DNA from: an uncultured Gemmatimonadaceae bacterium | GTDB taxonomy: Bacteria > Gemmatimonadota > Gemmatimonadetes > Gemmatimonadales > Gemmatimonadaceae | Assembly: GCA_963781585.1 (NCBI GenBank) | Contig: CAWAGQ010000008.1 | Span: 64,001-128,000, forward strand | Direction: 5' to 3' | DNA: 64,000 nt | Part shown: positions 63,102-64,000 of the stretch, piece by piece | How the letters are laid out: each line of letters begins with the position of its first letter | Numbering within the stretch: position 1 is the stretch's first letter | Translations under genes and position numbers: made by a program | The notes under the pieces: model-generated | What the model saw: only the letters and a program-made list of their open reading frames with translations | What the model was told of the DNA's origin: nothing | The model's database searches: none

Positions 63102-64000
63102 ATGAATTCGCGTCGTTCGTTGCGTGCCATGAAGTCCTCCCTTCTTGCCGCCTTCAGCTCGGCCGTGCTCGTGCTCCCCGCATTGGCGCAGGGTGCCGGC
63201 GACGATCCACGGCTCGAGAAGCTCAAGGCCGAGGCGCTGACCCGCGTTGACGCGCGCGCGAAGCTGATTCAGGAGATGGTCGACGAGGTGTTTTCATTCG
63301 GCGAGCTCGGATTTCAGGAATTCGAGACGTCGAAGTACCTCACCGGCATCCTCGAGCAGAACGGGTTCACCGTGGAGCGCGGCGTGGCCGGCATTCCCAC
63401 GGCGTGGGTGGCGCGGTGGGGTTCCGGCAAGCCGGTGATCTCGCTCGGATCGGACCTCGACGACATCCCGCAAGCGAGCCAGAAACCGGCCGTCGGCTAT
63501 CACGACCCGATGATCGCGGGCGCGCCGGGGCATGGCGAAGGGACACAACTCGGGCCAGGCGGTGAACATCGCGGCCGCGCTGGTGGTGAAGGAGATCATG
63601 GAGCGCGAGAAGATCCCCGGGACGCTGGTGCTGTGGCCGGGGGTGGCCGAGGAGCAGCTCGGGTCGAAGGCGTATCTCGTTCGCGCCGGGGTCTTCAAGG
63701 ACGTGGACGTGACGCTCTTCTCGCACGTGGACAGCAATCTGGGCGTCTCGGCGGGGCCGTCGGGTCAGCTCGCGCTGCTGTCCGCGCTCTTCAAGTTCCG
63801 CGGTCAGACGGCGCACGCCGCGGCGGCACCGTGGCGCGGCAAGTCGGCCCTCGATGCGGTGATGCTGATGGCCCAGGCGTGGGAGTTCCACCGCGAGCAC
63901 ATGGAGCCGGCGCAGCGATCGCACTACGTGATTCCCGACGGCGGCGATCAGCCTAACGTGGTTCCGGCGACGGCGTCGATCTGGTTCTACTTCCGCAACG
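63102..64000 (+). CDS. M20 amidohydrolase (AbgB-like), frameshift near 63544, runs off the window
   Basis: ELGFQEFETS, GHGEG/HNSG, PGVAEE and HAAAAPWRGKSALDA. Confidence 0.88.

Overview
High-GC bacterial chromosomal segment. Orphan MacB/FtsX-type permeases with an acidobacterial-type PadR, a 6-bladed beta-propeller, a BTAD-TPR regulator and many secreted peptidases suggest Gemmatimonadota (inference). Most of the window encodes hydrolases, peptidases and envelope proteins. An accessory, defence-like island lies at about 15.9-28.35 kb. It carries two PIN toxin-antitoxin pairs, a GHKL ATPase, a Fic gene split by a full-length IS21-family element, an McrA-like HNH nuclease with a nonsense codon, a HARE-HTH/GIY-YIG nuclease and IS3/IS481 scars. 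It also carries a retron: an msr-msd-like ncRNA with an a1/a2 inverted repeat, then an RT fused (across two compensating frameshifts) to a trypsin-like protease, with YADD changed to YAEH. Separately, the octamer CGTTAGGC/GCCTAACG occurs 18 times by my manual count, in both orientations and five codon contexts, often forcing rare TTA codons. This suggests a DNA-level signal of unknown function. Several single-base frameshifts in ordinary genes indicate probable assembly indels, so pseudogene calls need read-level checks.
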